A stretch of 64,000 nt of DNA from the human T2T-CHM13v2.0 reference genome, Homo sapiens. Positions 1 through 32,546 of the stretch are shown in pieces. The number at the start of each line of letters is the position of its first letter. Position 1 is the first letter of the stretch. The position numbers and the translations under genes are program-made. The notes under the pieces were generated by a model, which saw nothing but the letters and a program-made list of their open reading frames with translations, made no database searches and was not told where the DNA came from. Where the stretch lies: assembly GCF_009914755.1 (NCBI RefSeq), contig NC_060927.1, one strand, 5' to 3'.

Positions 1-1706
<1,706 letters not shown>

Positions 1707-1743
1707 TAGGAGGCTTTTTGTTTTTTAACATTTTCATTTAAAG

Positions 1744-3539
1744 ACAGTAGTAAAGATAATAAAGTCCAGTCAACAAAAAAGTACCACTAACATCTAATTC
1801 ATAGAACTTTAAGGATCTTAATTAGTTTGATTCATTTTATGGATGAAGAAAATATTACAAGGTTACAACTCCACTGTCCATTCAGATGCATTAAAAAATG
1901 TGAAATTGTCATTCCCTCCATATATTGAGCAACAATAATTCTACTTCCAAGGAGTCATCCTCTTTCCCCAAAGGGTTTTTCTGGTTACTCATTGAGCAAA
2001 TATTTCTTAGGTGTGTCCTAGTGAGAGGTGACAGCGTGCTAGCAGTCCTCACAGCCCTCACTGGCTCTGGGCGCCTCCTCTGCCTGGGCTCCCAATTTGG
2101 CGGCACTTTTGGCGGCACTTGAGGAGTCCTTCAGCCCACCGCTGCACTGTGGGAGCCCCTTTCTGGGCTGGCCAAGGCCAGAGCCAGCTCCCTCAGCTTG
2201 CAGGGAGGTGTGGAGGGAGAGCCGCAAGCGGGAACCCGGGCTGCCCGCGGCGCTTGCTGGCCAGCTGGAGTTCCGTGTGGGCGCGGGCTTGGCGGCCCCA
2301 CACTCGGAGCAGCCGGCCGGCCCTGCCGGCCCCGGGCAATGAGGGGCTTAGCACCCGGGCCAGTGGCTGCGGAGGGTGTAGTGGGTCCCCCAGCAGTGCC
2401 AGCCCACCGGCGCTGCGCTCGATTTCTCACCCGGCCTTAGCTGCCTTCCCACGGGGCAGGACTCGGGACCTGCAGCCCGCCATGCCTGAGCCTCCCACCC
2501 CCTCCATGGGCTCCTGTGCTGACCCGAGCCTCCCCGATGAGCGCCGCCCCCTGCTCCACGGCGCCCAGTTCCATCGACCACCCAAGGGCTGAGGAGTGCG
2601 GGCGCAAGGGGCGGGACTGGCAGGCAGCTCCACCTGCAGCCCCAGTGCGGGATCCACTGGGTGAAGCCAGCTGGGCTCCTGAGTCTGGTGGGGACGTGGA
2701 GAACCTTTATGTCTAGCTCAGGGATTGTAAATACACCAATCGGCACTCTGTATCTAGCTCAAGGTTTGTAAACACACCAATCAGCACCCTGTGTCTAGCT
2801 CAGGGTTTGTGAATGCACCAATCGACACTCTGTATTTAGCTACTCTGGTGGGGCCTTGGAGAACCTTTGTGTCCACACTCTGTATCTAGCTAATCTAGTG
2901 GGGACGTGGAGGACCTCTGTGTCTAGCTCAGGGATTGTAAACGCACCAGTCAGTGCCCTGTCAAAACAGACCACTTGGCTCTACCAATCAGCAGGATGTG
3001 GGTGGGGCCAGATAAGAGAATAAAAGCAGGCTGCCCTAGCCAGCAGTGGCAACCTACTCGGGTCCCCTTCCACACTGTGGAAGCTTTGTTCTTTCGCTCT
3101 GCAATAAATCTTGCTACTGCTCACTCTTTGGGTCCACACTGCTTTTATGAGCTGTAACACTCACTGCGAAGGTCTGCAGCTTCACTCCTGAGCCAGCGAG
3201 ACCACGAACCCACCAGAAGGAAAAAACTCCGAACACAGCCGAACATCAGAAGGAACAAACTCCAGACGTGCCACCTCAAGAGCTGTAACACTCACCGCAA
3301 GGGTCCGCGGCTTCATTCTTGAAGTCAGTGAGACCAAGAACCCACCAATTCCGGACACACTAGGGAAGCCTGAAAAAGACCCTCTTAATTTGGCAAGAAA
3401 CCATGTTGAAGTTGATTCCTGGTTAATGACTTCCATGCAATGAGGAGAAGCAACAAAAGGGAGAAATTCAATTGAAAAAAAGAATATAGTTAGCAATGAA
3501 CAAGAAGCAAGTGTCCTCTCACCAACACAGCTGACTCTG
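1744..3539 (+). pseudogene. Pseudo-exon 1, split by LTR12C: ..LWMKKILQGYNSTVHSDALKNVKLSFPPYIEQQ*FYFQGVILFP/KGFFWLLIEQIFLRCVL[LTR]GKPEKDPLNLARNH..
   Basis: Pyrimidine tract + aag| acceptor at 1743, |gtaacc at 3540; +1 frameshift in C-run 1966-1969; frame continues across the LTR when one CTAG copy is removed. Confidence 0.6.
2022..3359 (+). mobile_element. Solo LTR12C (ERV9 LTR)
   Basis: TG...CA termini, 4-bp TSD CTAG (2018-2021 / 3360-3363), CpG-rich 5' U3, tandem CCAAT/TCTAGCT repeats, AATAAAA TATA-like box 3019-3025, polyA signal 3103-3108. Confidence 0.93.
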
Positions 3540-3654
3540 GTAACCACAAACCTCAGCTAAACCCAGAAGTCAAGAGCTGTCACTTAAGTTTTGTTTCATT
3601 TCTGAGTGAAACCCTTCTAAGACTTTATTACATGCAATGCCATGGATTAATGTC

Positions 3655-4040
3655 ATAGACATAATGTTAAATGAAAGACGTACTGTATGATCCCATTTAC
3701 ATGATGTTCAAGGACAGACAAAAATAATCTATGGTAATAAAAGAATTGTGGTTCCCTTGTGGGGGTGAAGATGTACTGTATGATCCCATTTACATGACGT
3801 TCAAGGACAGACAAAAATAATCTATGGTAGTAAAGGAATTGTGGTTCCCTTTTTGGAGTGGGGGTGGTAGGTAATTGACTCAAAGGGGACATGAAGGAAC
3901 TTTCTGGAATGATGGAAATGCTCTGTATCTTGATCTGGGTGGTAGTTATACAGACAGGGGCATACACATATAAGTATTCATTGAACTGTATGCATAGAGT
4001 TGCATTTTATTCTGTGATGTTATTCTTCAATTAAATAAAC
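3655..4040 (+). mobile_element. Old L1M 3' end with internal ~94 bp tandem duplication
   Basis: tactgtatgatcccatttac...gaattgtggttccctt occurs twice; L1M 3'UTR motifs. Confidence 0.75.
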
Positions 4041-4620
4041 AAAAACAAAACTTTTCTATGGATTCTCATTATTCCAGGGACAAAGATAAGAATTCTTCAT
4101 GTGGGCAATGGACCCTTACTGATTCTGACCTTTGCCTGCCTTTCCATCTTGCACTTCACTTCCCTAAGCTCCTCCTTGGTGCTTCCTATGTCTGGCACAC
4201 TTGCCAAACTCCCTGGCCATGCAATCAACCTCAGCACATGATATGTTTCCTGTGTGGGATGTTATTCTTCCCCGTGCCACCCTCTTCTCCAGTTCCAGTA
4301 AGCTACTGCACTTCCTTTGGCTGAAGCTTCACTTCCCTGTGTGAACTTCTTTCATAATCGGCCCCCCATTCTAGGTCGAGTTCCCCATTGGATGCTCTTA
4401 CAGAATTTTGCTCCTTTTACTCAGACCATTTACCTCCCAATTTCCTCAATTTGTAATTACTCCCTCATTTGTGGGACTATTTAATTAAATCTGTCTCTCT
4501 CACTACAGTCTGTGCCATACCATGGACTGAGGGTCAATGTCTGGGTTCTGCTTACCATGGTATCCCCAGGGCTCACCACAGTGCCTGGAACACAGTAAGT
4601 GTTTACTAAATATGTTTTTG

Positions 4621-4948
<328 letters not shown>

Positions 4949-4969
4949 CTATCTGATATTCTCTGGCAG

Positions 4970-5355
4970 AAAAATTGTTGATGTCTCACATTACGTGATT
5001 TGGATTTATCCCCATTAAATGTTTGGTATATCTTGCTTTAAGCAAACTGAATCCATTATATGGAAATCTGTATTTATTCAAAATATAAATTAGAGTGCAT
5101 GTACTCAAATGCCTGTTACGAGATTTATACAAGTTCCAGGTGTTTTTTACTGCATTTGAAAAATAGATGAGCTTCATTTGCCAAATTCAAGACTAGTTGA
5201 AATCAATAGGGTTTAAGAATTGGAAGTGATGGTTTTCTTCTATCAGTTGACTGGCCAGTATAGACGCAGTTATAGAGTCATTTACACCACTGCCATTATC
5301 ATCTGAACAAAGATCTAAATTTATACTAACTTCACGTTGTGGTTGGTGGAGCTCT
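4970..5355 (+). pseudogene. Pseudo-exon 2: ..HVLKCLLRDLYKFQVFFTAFEK*MSFICQIQD*LKSIG/LRIGSDGFLLSVDWPV*TQL*SHLHHCHYHLNKDLNLY*LHVVVGGA
   Basis: tctggcag| acceptor, consensus |gtaagt donor (phase 2); one frameshift near 5210. Confidence 0.55.
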
Positions 5356-5959
5356 GTAAGTAAGAAGGAGGCTGGTGCCAACAATCCAAGTTACACAAAG
5401 AGAAAAAAAATGCTCAAGAGGAAGTGGTACACTACAAAAGTGCAAACGTAGGTGGAATGTGTGAAAAAAAAAATTTTCAAATTAAAAGTGTCTTCGATTT
5501 TATGTTTTTATGATAAAAGAGGCCAAAAGAAAGTTGTCTGGAACTTCCTATTTTCAAGATAACCCATCTCAGCACTCAATTTGGAAGACAGTGAATAAGT
5601 TGGAGGAAAAGAAGTAACAATACAGAGAGAACATGTGAATAACACCTTGCAATTTACCAAATGCTTCACTTATTCTCTCAACCTGCTACCAGGCCCTAAG
5701 ATGGGCTTCTGAGGTTACAGCTGTAAACAAGCAGATCCATCCTGACCCTGTTTGTTTTCTGATGCTTCTATACCCATTGCCTCATTTAATCTTCCCAGCA
5801 TTGTCAGAGAAACATTGTTACATTTGTCAGATGAGGAAATGGTAACTTAACTGCCTTGCTCAAGGAAACATCACCAGTAAGTGAGGGAACAGGACTCAGA
5901 TTTGCCTCCTAAATCTAATTGCAAACCCTTGCAACTACCCCAGTTCTACTTGCTTATAG

Positions 5960-6053
5960 GCCTCTGGGATGGCTACTTTGTTAATCAAGACTCTCAATGG
6001 AAATCAAGAAAAATTACAAAGTTACCCACTGGGCATTTTAATCATTCCTCTAT
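5960..6053 (+). pseudogene. Pseudo-exon 3: (L)PLGWLL../..IKTLNGNQEKLQSYPLGILIIP
   Basis: cttatag| acceptor; a phase-2 start continues exon 2 as GGAL|PLGWLL; donor position uncertain. Confidence 0.45.
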
Positions 6054-6449
6054 GTATCATTTCTCTCCCTTGTTTTGTCCTTTCATTTTTCTGAGTGAAC
6101 AGGAATATTCCCACCAACTCCCTTAAAAACACAAGTTTCTTCACTAATTTCTCGTAGCTCCTACAGATTTATTTATATATGATTTCTGGGCAGACAGAAG
6201 TAATCAAAGTCATCCAATTTCTTTGGCTGACCAATAACTAAATTGAGAGCTGCTTCCCTTTTAAGTCACATGATTCAGGTTATTGTTTTATTATTTGGTG
6301 CTTCATAGTACCAGAAAGGTATTCAGACTTAATTTTGGACATTTTCTCCCCAGTCCATAAAAGCCTGGTAATAAAAAGATATTTGACATGACCTTTTGCT
6401 ATATGGTTGGTGCTACAAAATGCTGATTTTAAGAGAAATTAGCAAAAGT

Positions 6450-6845
6450 ACATCAACATATGAAGAGATGAACAAGATATCTTACATTTATACAATGGAA
6501 TATTATTTGTCCATAAAAAGGAGTGAAGAACTGATACATCCTGCAACATGGATGAACCTGGAAAATACTGTGCTAAGAAAAAGAAGCCAGTCACAAAATG
6601 CTGCGTATGGTATGATTCTGTTTATAGGAAATGTCCAGAACAGGGAAATCAATACAGACAGAAATTAGATCAGTGGTTTCCTAGGGCTAGGTTAATGAGG
6701 GAATTTGGGGATGATAGCTAAAGGGTACAGGTTCTTTTTAAGGTGATGAAAATGTAGTTGCATAATTCTGTGATTATCTTAAAGACGATTGAATTGTATG
6801 CTTTAAGTCAGTGAATTGTATGGTGCATGAATTATATCAATGAAA
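6450..6845 (+). mobile_element. L1MB-type 3' end
   Basis: tacaatggaatattat...aacatggatgaacctggaaaa...gtgcatgaattatatc motifs. Confidence 0.8.
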
Positions 6846-6846
6846 C

Positions 6847-6877
6847 TTTTTTTTTTCATGTCTGACGGGTAATGTGC
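6847..6877 (-). pseudogene. Tiny 5'-truncated U13 snoRNA (SNORD13) retrocopy with poly(A)
   Basis: Minus strand reads gcacattacccgtcagac+atg+A10, versus recalled U13 3' end gcacattacccgtctgac; TSD-like tgaaa(c/t)tt on both sides. Confidence 0.6.
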
Positions 6878-6909
6878 TGAAATTTATGAACTACCAAAGG
6901 ATCTAAAAC

Positions 6910-9897
<2,988 letters not shown>

Positions 9898-10038
9898 TCT
9901 ATTTCTTACCTGAAGGAGTTTGAAGTGGGGTCAAATGCAAGTTTTACATTCTTTTAAATGTAAAAGCCTGGGCGCAGAGGCTCATGCCTGTAATCCCAGC
10001 ATTTTGGGAGGCTGAGGCAGGCGGCCATCACGAGGTCA

Positions 10039-10299
<261 letters not shown>

Positions 10300-10319
10300 T
10301 CAAGTACCTTTAACTACAG

Positions 10320-10480
10320 TCTGTCTACAATAACCTAAGACATTCAAAAGACAGGAGAATGCTCATACCCTCATGCTGGGACACTGATAATCTGGAGCTT
10401 ACTACATTGACATCACTGGCACCCACTTACTAAACACATGCAATTACTTAGCAATTAGTTCTTGAACAATTTGTGTTTGC
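10320..10480 (+). pseudogene. Possible pseudo-exon 6: SVYNNLRHSK../..SGAYYIDITGTHLLNTCNYLAIS
   Basis: ttaactacag| acceptor with phase-0 start matching exon 5; 3' boundary uncertain. Confidence 0.35.
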
Positions 10481-10867
10481 TAAGAACTATATCTGACCCA
10501 GGGAATAAAACATAAGACACAGTTCCTGCTTGTAAATACACTAGCAAAAGAGAAGAAGACTATCTTGTAGAGACTAGCTGAGTCAGTGAATGTCAGAGAT
10601 GAAGAGGAAGGGCAATGGCATGAGTGGAATTCCAGGTAGAGAAACGGTGAGAGAAAAAAAGAACAAAGATACCAATGTGAGAAACAAAAAGGTTTCTGCA
10701 GCAGGGAAGCACAGTTGGCTGTTGTGGTATACAGGATGAGGCGGCAAGTGGAGAGGCGGGCTGGTCTGAAGGCTCTAGCTGAATCACAGAACATATGCCA
10801 CATTAAGGGATTTGGATTTAATCCTGATGCAAAATATAAGAAGTTAAGGATTTTAGGTAGAAGCTGA

Positions 10868-11344
<477 letters not shown>

Positions 11345-11438
11345 TAGGTGGATTGGAGTCAACAAAACTAGTTAGGACATTGTTGCAAAAATCTAGGTAA
11401 GGATGGCTTAGAACTTCTCCATCCTTGGTCATTGTCAG

Positions 11439-11519
11439 CCTAGATACAAACTGAGGTTGCACTACAGTGTGAGAGAATTTCAAAGAAGAAGGAAAGAAGT
11501 AGAGATGGGTTTTACTAAA
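11439..11519 (+). pseudogene. Possible pseudo-exon 7 (e.g. IQTEVALQCERISKKKERSRDGFY)
   Basis: cattgtcag| acceptor in a unique island; frame and donor ambiguous. Confidence 0.25.
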
Positions 11520-12370
11520 GTACTAGTAATCACAGTTACTAAAGGATGCTGTTGTTTTTCCCCCACTCCCCACCACATTCTTTTTTTAACATGTCAGTAA
11601 TTTATAACTTTCTGAAAGGACCAAATAATAAACCATAAAATGATGATGCCAGGTGTTTTGTTACGTGTTTTTGTTGTTGTTGTTGTTGTTGTTTTGAGAT
11701 GGAGTCTCACTCTGTTGCCAGGCTGAAGTGCAGTGGCTCGATCTTGGCTCACTGAACCTCCGCTTGCCAGGTTCAAGCGATTCTCCTGCCTCAACCTCCC
11801 AAGTAGCTGGGATTACAGGCACGCGCCACCATGCCCAGCTAATTTTTTTGTATTTTTAGTAGAGATGGGGTTTCACCATGTTGACCAGAATGGCCTCAAT
11901 CTCCTGACCTCGTGATCCGCCCGCCTTGGCCTCCCAAGTGCTGGGATTACAGGCATGAGCCACCATGCCAAGGTGTTTTAATTGTTTTTGGTGTTTTGTT
12001 TTGTTTTGTTTTGTTTTGTTTTGTTTTTGAGACTCTGTCTCTCAGGCTGGAGTGTAGTGGCAAGATCTAGGCTCACTGAAACCTCTGGCCCCTGGGCTTA
12101 AGCAACCCTCCCACCTCAGCCTCCCAGGTAGCTGGAACTATGCAGGTGAGTACCACTGCACCCAGCTAATTTTTGTATTTTCTGTAGAGATGGGGTTTCA
12201 CTCTGTGGCCCAGGCTGATCTTGAACTCCTGAGCTCAAGCAATTCACCCAGCTTGGCCTCCCAAAGTGCTAGAATTACAGGTGTTTTAAAATAAGCCAAA
12301 TAAAGGATATAAACACTTCCAATTCATAATTCAGATGTAGAGGACCTTACAATAGTTAACAATTTTCAAG

Positions 12371-12472
12371 CTAAAAATCACATCATCTATAAAACATTAT
12401 AAGTGTTTTCCTTATTGAAATGGTTTAGCGGAAGGCCGTAGGGCTTGAAATGGAGTGACGGAACACAAACAT
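12371..12472 (+). pseudogene. Pseudo-exon 8: ..NIISVFLIEMV*RKAVGLEME*RNTN(M)
   Basis: ttttcaag| acceptor, |gtaaga donor phase 2, compatible with the next exon. Confidence 0.5.
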
Positions 12473-13020
12473 GTAAGAACAGATAAGAAGAGTGGATGGT
12501 TAGTTTAGGAAGGTTTTCCCTTTCCATTCCAAGACTAGATTCTGGCAATATCTGGTATGTCAAACTAAGATATGTAACATTTAAATACACAATATTATTT
12601 TTATTGTGAAAATAGTTTAAATATGTTTAGAATATAAAATTTGGGCTGGGCATGGTGGCTCACACCTGTAATCCCAGGACTTGGGAGGCTGAGGCGGGCG
12701 GATCACCTGAGGTCAGGAGTTCAAGACCAGCCTGGCCAACATGGTGAAACCTTGTCTCCACTGAAAATACAAAAATATAGCCAGGCATCATGTGCGTGCC
12801 TGTAATCCCTTGAACCCGGGAGGCGGAGGTTGTAGTGAGCTGAGATCTTGCCACTGCACTCCACACTGGGCAACAAAGTGATATTCCATCTCAAAAAAAA
12901 AAAAATTGTGCCAGACGCTTGCAGAACGCCTGAGACACCTCCATGAAATTCTAACAATGCATACTAAATGCTTTATAATCCTTCTGTTGAAAACCAGACA
13001 TTCAAGAGCATACAGCTTAA

Positions 13021-13039
13021 TTCCAGCAGAGGGCAGCAA
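13021..13039 (+). promoter_or_regulatory. Candidate CTCF site
   Basis: ttCCAGCAGAGGGCAGCa fits the CTCF core consensus, in non-repeat DNA. Confidence 0.5.
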
Positions 13040-13188
13040 AACTTCACTAAGCAGTTTTCAAAACCCTAGCAGCTTTTCTGTATTACCTAATAATATTTTT
13101 AAAATATTCCCCCAGAAGAGTTCTGTAGTTCCACAACTACAATCTCATAGTATTTGTGGAATTACAGTATTACCATACTTATATTTAG

Positions 13189-13348
13189 GCAGGACAGAAT
13201 TCTTCCCAGAGTTCAAAGACTGCGGAAGGCTCTTAGATGGATAGGACCTGGGTCAATGCCAAGAGGGAATAAAGACGAGCCACAATGTCTTACTGGGGTC
13301 ATCTGCCTGGTGGTTTTCCAACTCTTTTACAAAGAGTCATGATTTAAG
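13189..13348 (+). pseudogene. Pseudo-exon 9: QDRILPRVQRLRKALRWIGPGSMP/..RRATMSYWGHLPGGFPTLL/..SHDL(R)
   Basis: atatttag| phase-2 start, aag|gtacaa donor; two internal frameshifts needed. Confidence 0.55.
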
Positions 13349-13790
13349 GTACAATGGGATTCTTTTAAAAAATATGTTGTCACTGCAGGTATGGTGGCCC
13401 ATGCCTGTAGTCCCAGGCACTGGGGAGGCTGAGGTGGGAGGATCACCTAAGCCCAGGAGTTAAGAGTCCTGCCTGGGCAACATAGTGAGGCTGCATCTAT
13501 AAAAGCATGCATATATATGTATATGTGTGTGTGTGTGTGTGTGTGTGCATATATATATATATGCACACACACACATAAAATATATACACACACACACATA
13601 CTCACATATTTTATAGTTGTTTATATAAGCATGTGTATATATATTTATAATAACAGTTACAACATATATATGTTGTAACTATGGGTCTGAGTTTTCTCAT
13701 CTGTAAAATTGAGATAATAATTGCACCAGCAGGGCGCAGAGGCTCACACCTGTAATCCTGGCACTTTGGGAGGCTGAGGTGGGTGGATCA

Positions 13791-14159
<369 letters not shown>

Positions 14160-14401
14160 TTAAAAACTAGCTGGGCATGGAGGTGCATGCCTGTAGTTCT
14201 AGCTACTCGGGAGGCTGAGGCAGGAGGATTGCTTGAGCCCAGGAGTTCAAGGCTAGAGTGAGCTATGATCACGTCACTGTACCACACACTGTATAATAGG
14301 GCAAGACAGTGTCTCAAAACAAAATAATAATGATTGCACCTACATCTTAAGAGGTTGTTGCACAGATTAAGCGTAATGTAAAATGACTGGAACACTGTTA
14401 G

Positions 14402-14641
<240 letters not shown>

Positions 14642-15479
14642 TAGCCAGGATGTTCTCGATCTCCTGACCTCGTGATCCGCCCACCTCGGCCTCCCAAAGT
14701 GCTGGGATTACAGCTGTGAGCCACCGCGCCCAGTCACTGTTAGCTGTTTTTTAAAAAAATTGTAAAATACATATAACAGAAAATTTACCATCTCAACCTT
14801 TTTTTTTTTTTTTTTTTTTTTCCTCAGATGGAGTCTCACTCTGTCGCCCAGGCTCCCAGGCTGGAGTGCAGTGGTGCAGTCTAGGCTCACTGCAACCTCT
14901 GCCTCCCGGGTTCAAGTGATTCTCTGGCTGGCTAATTTTTGTATTTTTTATAGAGGCATGTTCACCATGTTGGCCAGGCTGGTCTCAAACTCCTGAGCTC
15001 AGGTGATATGTCCACCTTGGCCTCCCAAAGTGCTGGAATTACAGGCGTGAGGCACTGCACCTGGCCTCAACCATTTTAAGTGTACAGTCTACATAAGCAG
15101 AATATATATGGGAGAAAAAAGCATACAGTCCAATAGTGTTAAGCATATTCACACTGTTGTACAAATAATCTCCTATCCCCTTTTCATATTGCAAAACTGA
15201 AACTCTATACCAATTAAAGAACAGCTCGCCATTTCCCTCTCCCCGCAGTACTTGCTAACCATCACTCTACTTCCTGTCTTTATAAATTTGACTACTCTAA
15301 GTACCTCATAGAAATGGAATCATATAGTATTTGTCTTTTTGTGATTGGCTTGTTTCACTTAGCATAACATCCTCAAGGTTCATCTATGTTTTATCATATG
15401 TCAGGATTTCTTTTTAAGGCCGAATAATATTCCATTGTATGTACACAGAGCTGTTACATTTTAAAACAGAAATTTAAAA

Positions 15480-28154
<12,675 letters not shown>

Positions 28155-29107
28155 TCTTACACTGACAAAGCCATCAAAATGGGAAGGAGAGGGGAGAACA
28201 GCAGCATAAGCAGCTGGCAGAGGCAGCAGAAAGGAAAGAAAGAGACAGGAAGTCAAAGAAAGAGACAGAGAGGAAGAGATAAAGAAGGAGTCAGAGAGAA
28301 AGAGGGACAGACACAGGAAGTCAGAGAGAGAGTTAAAAAGAGAGGAAGAGACAAAGGAGAAGTCGAAGAGAGAAAGAGAGAGATGTAAGTAGTAAAGAAA
28401 AAACAGTGTACCCTATTCCTTTAAAAGCCAGGGTAAATGTCTATCTACCCAGCCAAGGCATATTCTACTTATGTGGATCTTCAACCCATATCTGCCTCTC
28501 AGACAGTTTGCAAGAAATAACGAAATCTATCCTTGCTTTATAATCCCAAATAGACTCTTTGGCAGCAGTGACTCTCTAAAACCACCGAGGCCTAGACCTC
28601 CTCACTGCTGAGAAAGGAGGACTCTGCACCTTCTTAGGGGAAGAGTGTTGTTTTTACACTAACCAGTCGGGGATAGCACGAGATGCTGCCCAGCGTTTAC
28701 AGGAAAAGGCTTCTGAAGTCAGACAACGCCTTTCAAAGTCTTATACCAATCTCTGGAGTTGGGCAACATGGCTTCTCCCCTTTCTAGGTCCCGTGGCAGC
28801 CATCTTGCTGTTACTCGCCTTTGGGCCCTGTATTTTTAACCTTCTTGTCAAATTTGTTTTCTCTAGAATCGAGGCCATCAAGCTACGGATGGTCTTACAA
28901 ATGGAACCCCAAATGAGTTCAACTAACAACTTCTACCGAGGACCCCTGGACCGACCCGCTGGCACTTTCCCTGGCCTAGAGACCTCTCCTCTGAAGGACA
29001 CTACAACTGCAGGGCCCCTTCTTTGCCCCTATCCAGCAGGAAGTAGCTAGAGCGGTCATCGGCCAAATTCCCAACAGCAGTTGGGGTGTCCTGTTTAGAG
29101 GGGGGAT
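28155..29107 (+). mobile_element. HERV9 internal remnant (pol RNase H fragment, GA-rich segment, deleted env, PPT)
   Basis: Starts with LH*QSHQ (RNase H-like); env TM motifs; purine tract agaggggggat just before the LTR. Confidence 0.85.
28442..29050 (+). pseudogene. HERV9 env pseudogene (SU C-terminal piece fused to TM)
   Basis: Immunosuppressive domain L*NHRGLDLLTAEKGGLC, CX6CC (CTFLGEECC), TM WLLPFLGPVAAILLLLAFGPC; stops at 28541 and 28577. Confidence 0.9.
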
Positions 29108-30574
29108 TGAGAGGTGACAGCGTGCTGGCAGTCCTCACAGCCGTTGCTCTCTCTCGGCGCCTCCTCTGCCTGGGCTCCCACTTTGGCGGCACTTGAGGAG
29201 CCCTTCAGCCCACCGCTGCACTGTGGGAGCCCCTTTCTGGGCTGGCCAAGGCCAGTGCTGGCTCCCTCAGCTTGCAGGGAGGTGTGGAGGGAGAGGCGCG
29301 AGCGGGAACCTGGGCTGCGCGAGGCACTTGCGGGCCCCCTGGAGTTCCGGGTGGGCGTGGGCTTGGCTGGCCCGCACTCGGAGCAGCCGGCCGGCCCTGC
29401 CGGCCCGGGCAATGAGGGGCTTAGCACCCGGGCCAGCGGCTGCGGAGGGTGTACTGGGTCTCCCAGCAGTGCCAGCCTGCCGGCACTGCACTTGATTTCT
29501 CACCAGGCTGTAGCTGCCTTCCTGCAGGGCAGGGCTCCGGACCTGCAGCCCGCCATGCCTGAGCCTCCCACCCCCTCCATGGGCTCCTGTGCAGCCCCAG
29601 CCTCCCCGATGAGCACCACCCCCTGCTCCACGGCGCCCAGTCCCATTGACCACCCAATTCAGATTCACGTCTCCTGAATCTGGTGGAGACGTGGAGAACC
29701 TTTATGTCTAGCTCAGGGATTGTAAATACACCAATCAGCACCCTGTGTCTAACTCACGGTCTGTGAATGCACCAATCGACACTCTATCTAGCTACTCTGG
29801 TGGGGCCTTGGAGAACCTTTATGTCTAGCTCAGGGATTGTAAATACACCAATCGGCACTCTGTATCTAGCTCAAGGTTTGTAAACACACCAGTCAGCACC
29901 CTGTGTCTAGCTCAGGGTTTGTGAGTGCACCAATCGACACTCTGTATCTGGCTACTCTGGTGGGGCCTTGGAGAACCTTTGTGTGGACATTCTGTATCTA
30001 GTTAATCTAGTGGGGACGTGGAGAACCTGTGTATCTAGCTCAGGGATTGTAAACGCACCAATCAGCGCCCTGTCAAAACAGACCACTCGGCTCTACCAAT
30101 CAGCAGGATGTGGGTGGGGCCAGATAAGAGAATAAAAGCAGGCTGCCCGAGCCAGCGGTGGCAACCCGCTCGGGTCCCCTTCCACACTGTGGAAGCTTTG
30201 TTCTTTCACTCTTTGCAATAAATCTTGCTGCTGCTTACTCTTTGGGTCCACACGCTTTTATGAGCTGTAACACTCACCGCGAAGGTCTGCAGCTTCACTC
30301 CTGAGCCCAGCGAGACCACGAGCCCACCGGGAGGAACGAACAACTCCAGACGCGCTGCCTTAAGAGCTGTAACACTCACCGTGAAGGTCTGCAGCTTCAC
30401 TCCTGAGCCAGCGAGACCAGGAACCCACCAGAAGGAAGGAACTCCGAACATATCCGAACATCAGAAGGAACAAACTCCAGATGCACCACCTTAAGAGCTG
30501 TAACACTCACCACGAGGGTCCGCGGCTTCATTCTTGAAGTCAGCGAGACCAAGAACCCACAAATTCCAGACACA
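29108..30574 (+). mobile_element. 3' LTR12C of the truncated HERV9
   Basis: tgagaggtgacagc...ccagacaca, closely similar to 2022-3359; followed by ATGC, which also precedes the insertion at 28151-28154. Confidence 0.93.
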
Positions 30575-30578
30575 ATGC

Positions 30579-32546
<1,968 letters not shown>

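Noticed and set aside
2039-2746. Overlapping long GC-rich ORFs (also 29095-29741) that resemble a CpG-island gene
   Set aside because: They lie wholly within LTR12C U3; stop-poor because of GC content and present on both strands.
2700-2960. Regularly spaced direct repeats (caccaatc...tctagct) resembling a CRISPR array
   Set aside because: Known tandem enhancer repeats of ERV9 LTRs; no unique spacers, no cas genes, eukaryotic DNA.
6319-6353. Apparent GT...AG intron inside pseudo-exon 4
   Set aside because: Only 35 nt, too short for a human spliceosomal intron, and the frame reads through it (RKVFRLNFGHFLP).
28793-29050. Possible co-opted syncytin-like env gene
   Set aside because: No signal peptide, most of SU, the furin site and the fusion peptide are deleted, and there are two in-frame stops.
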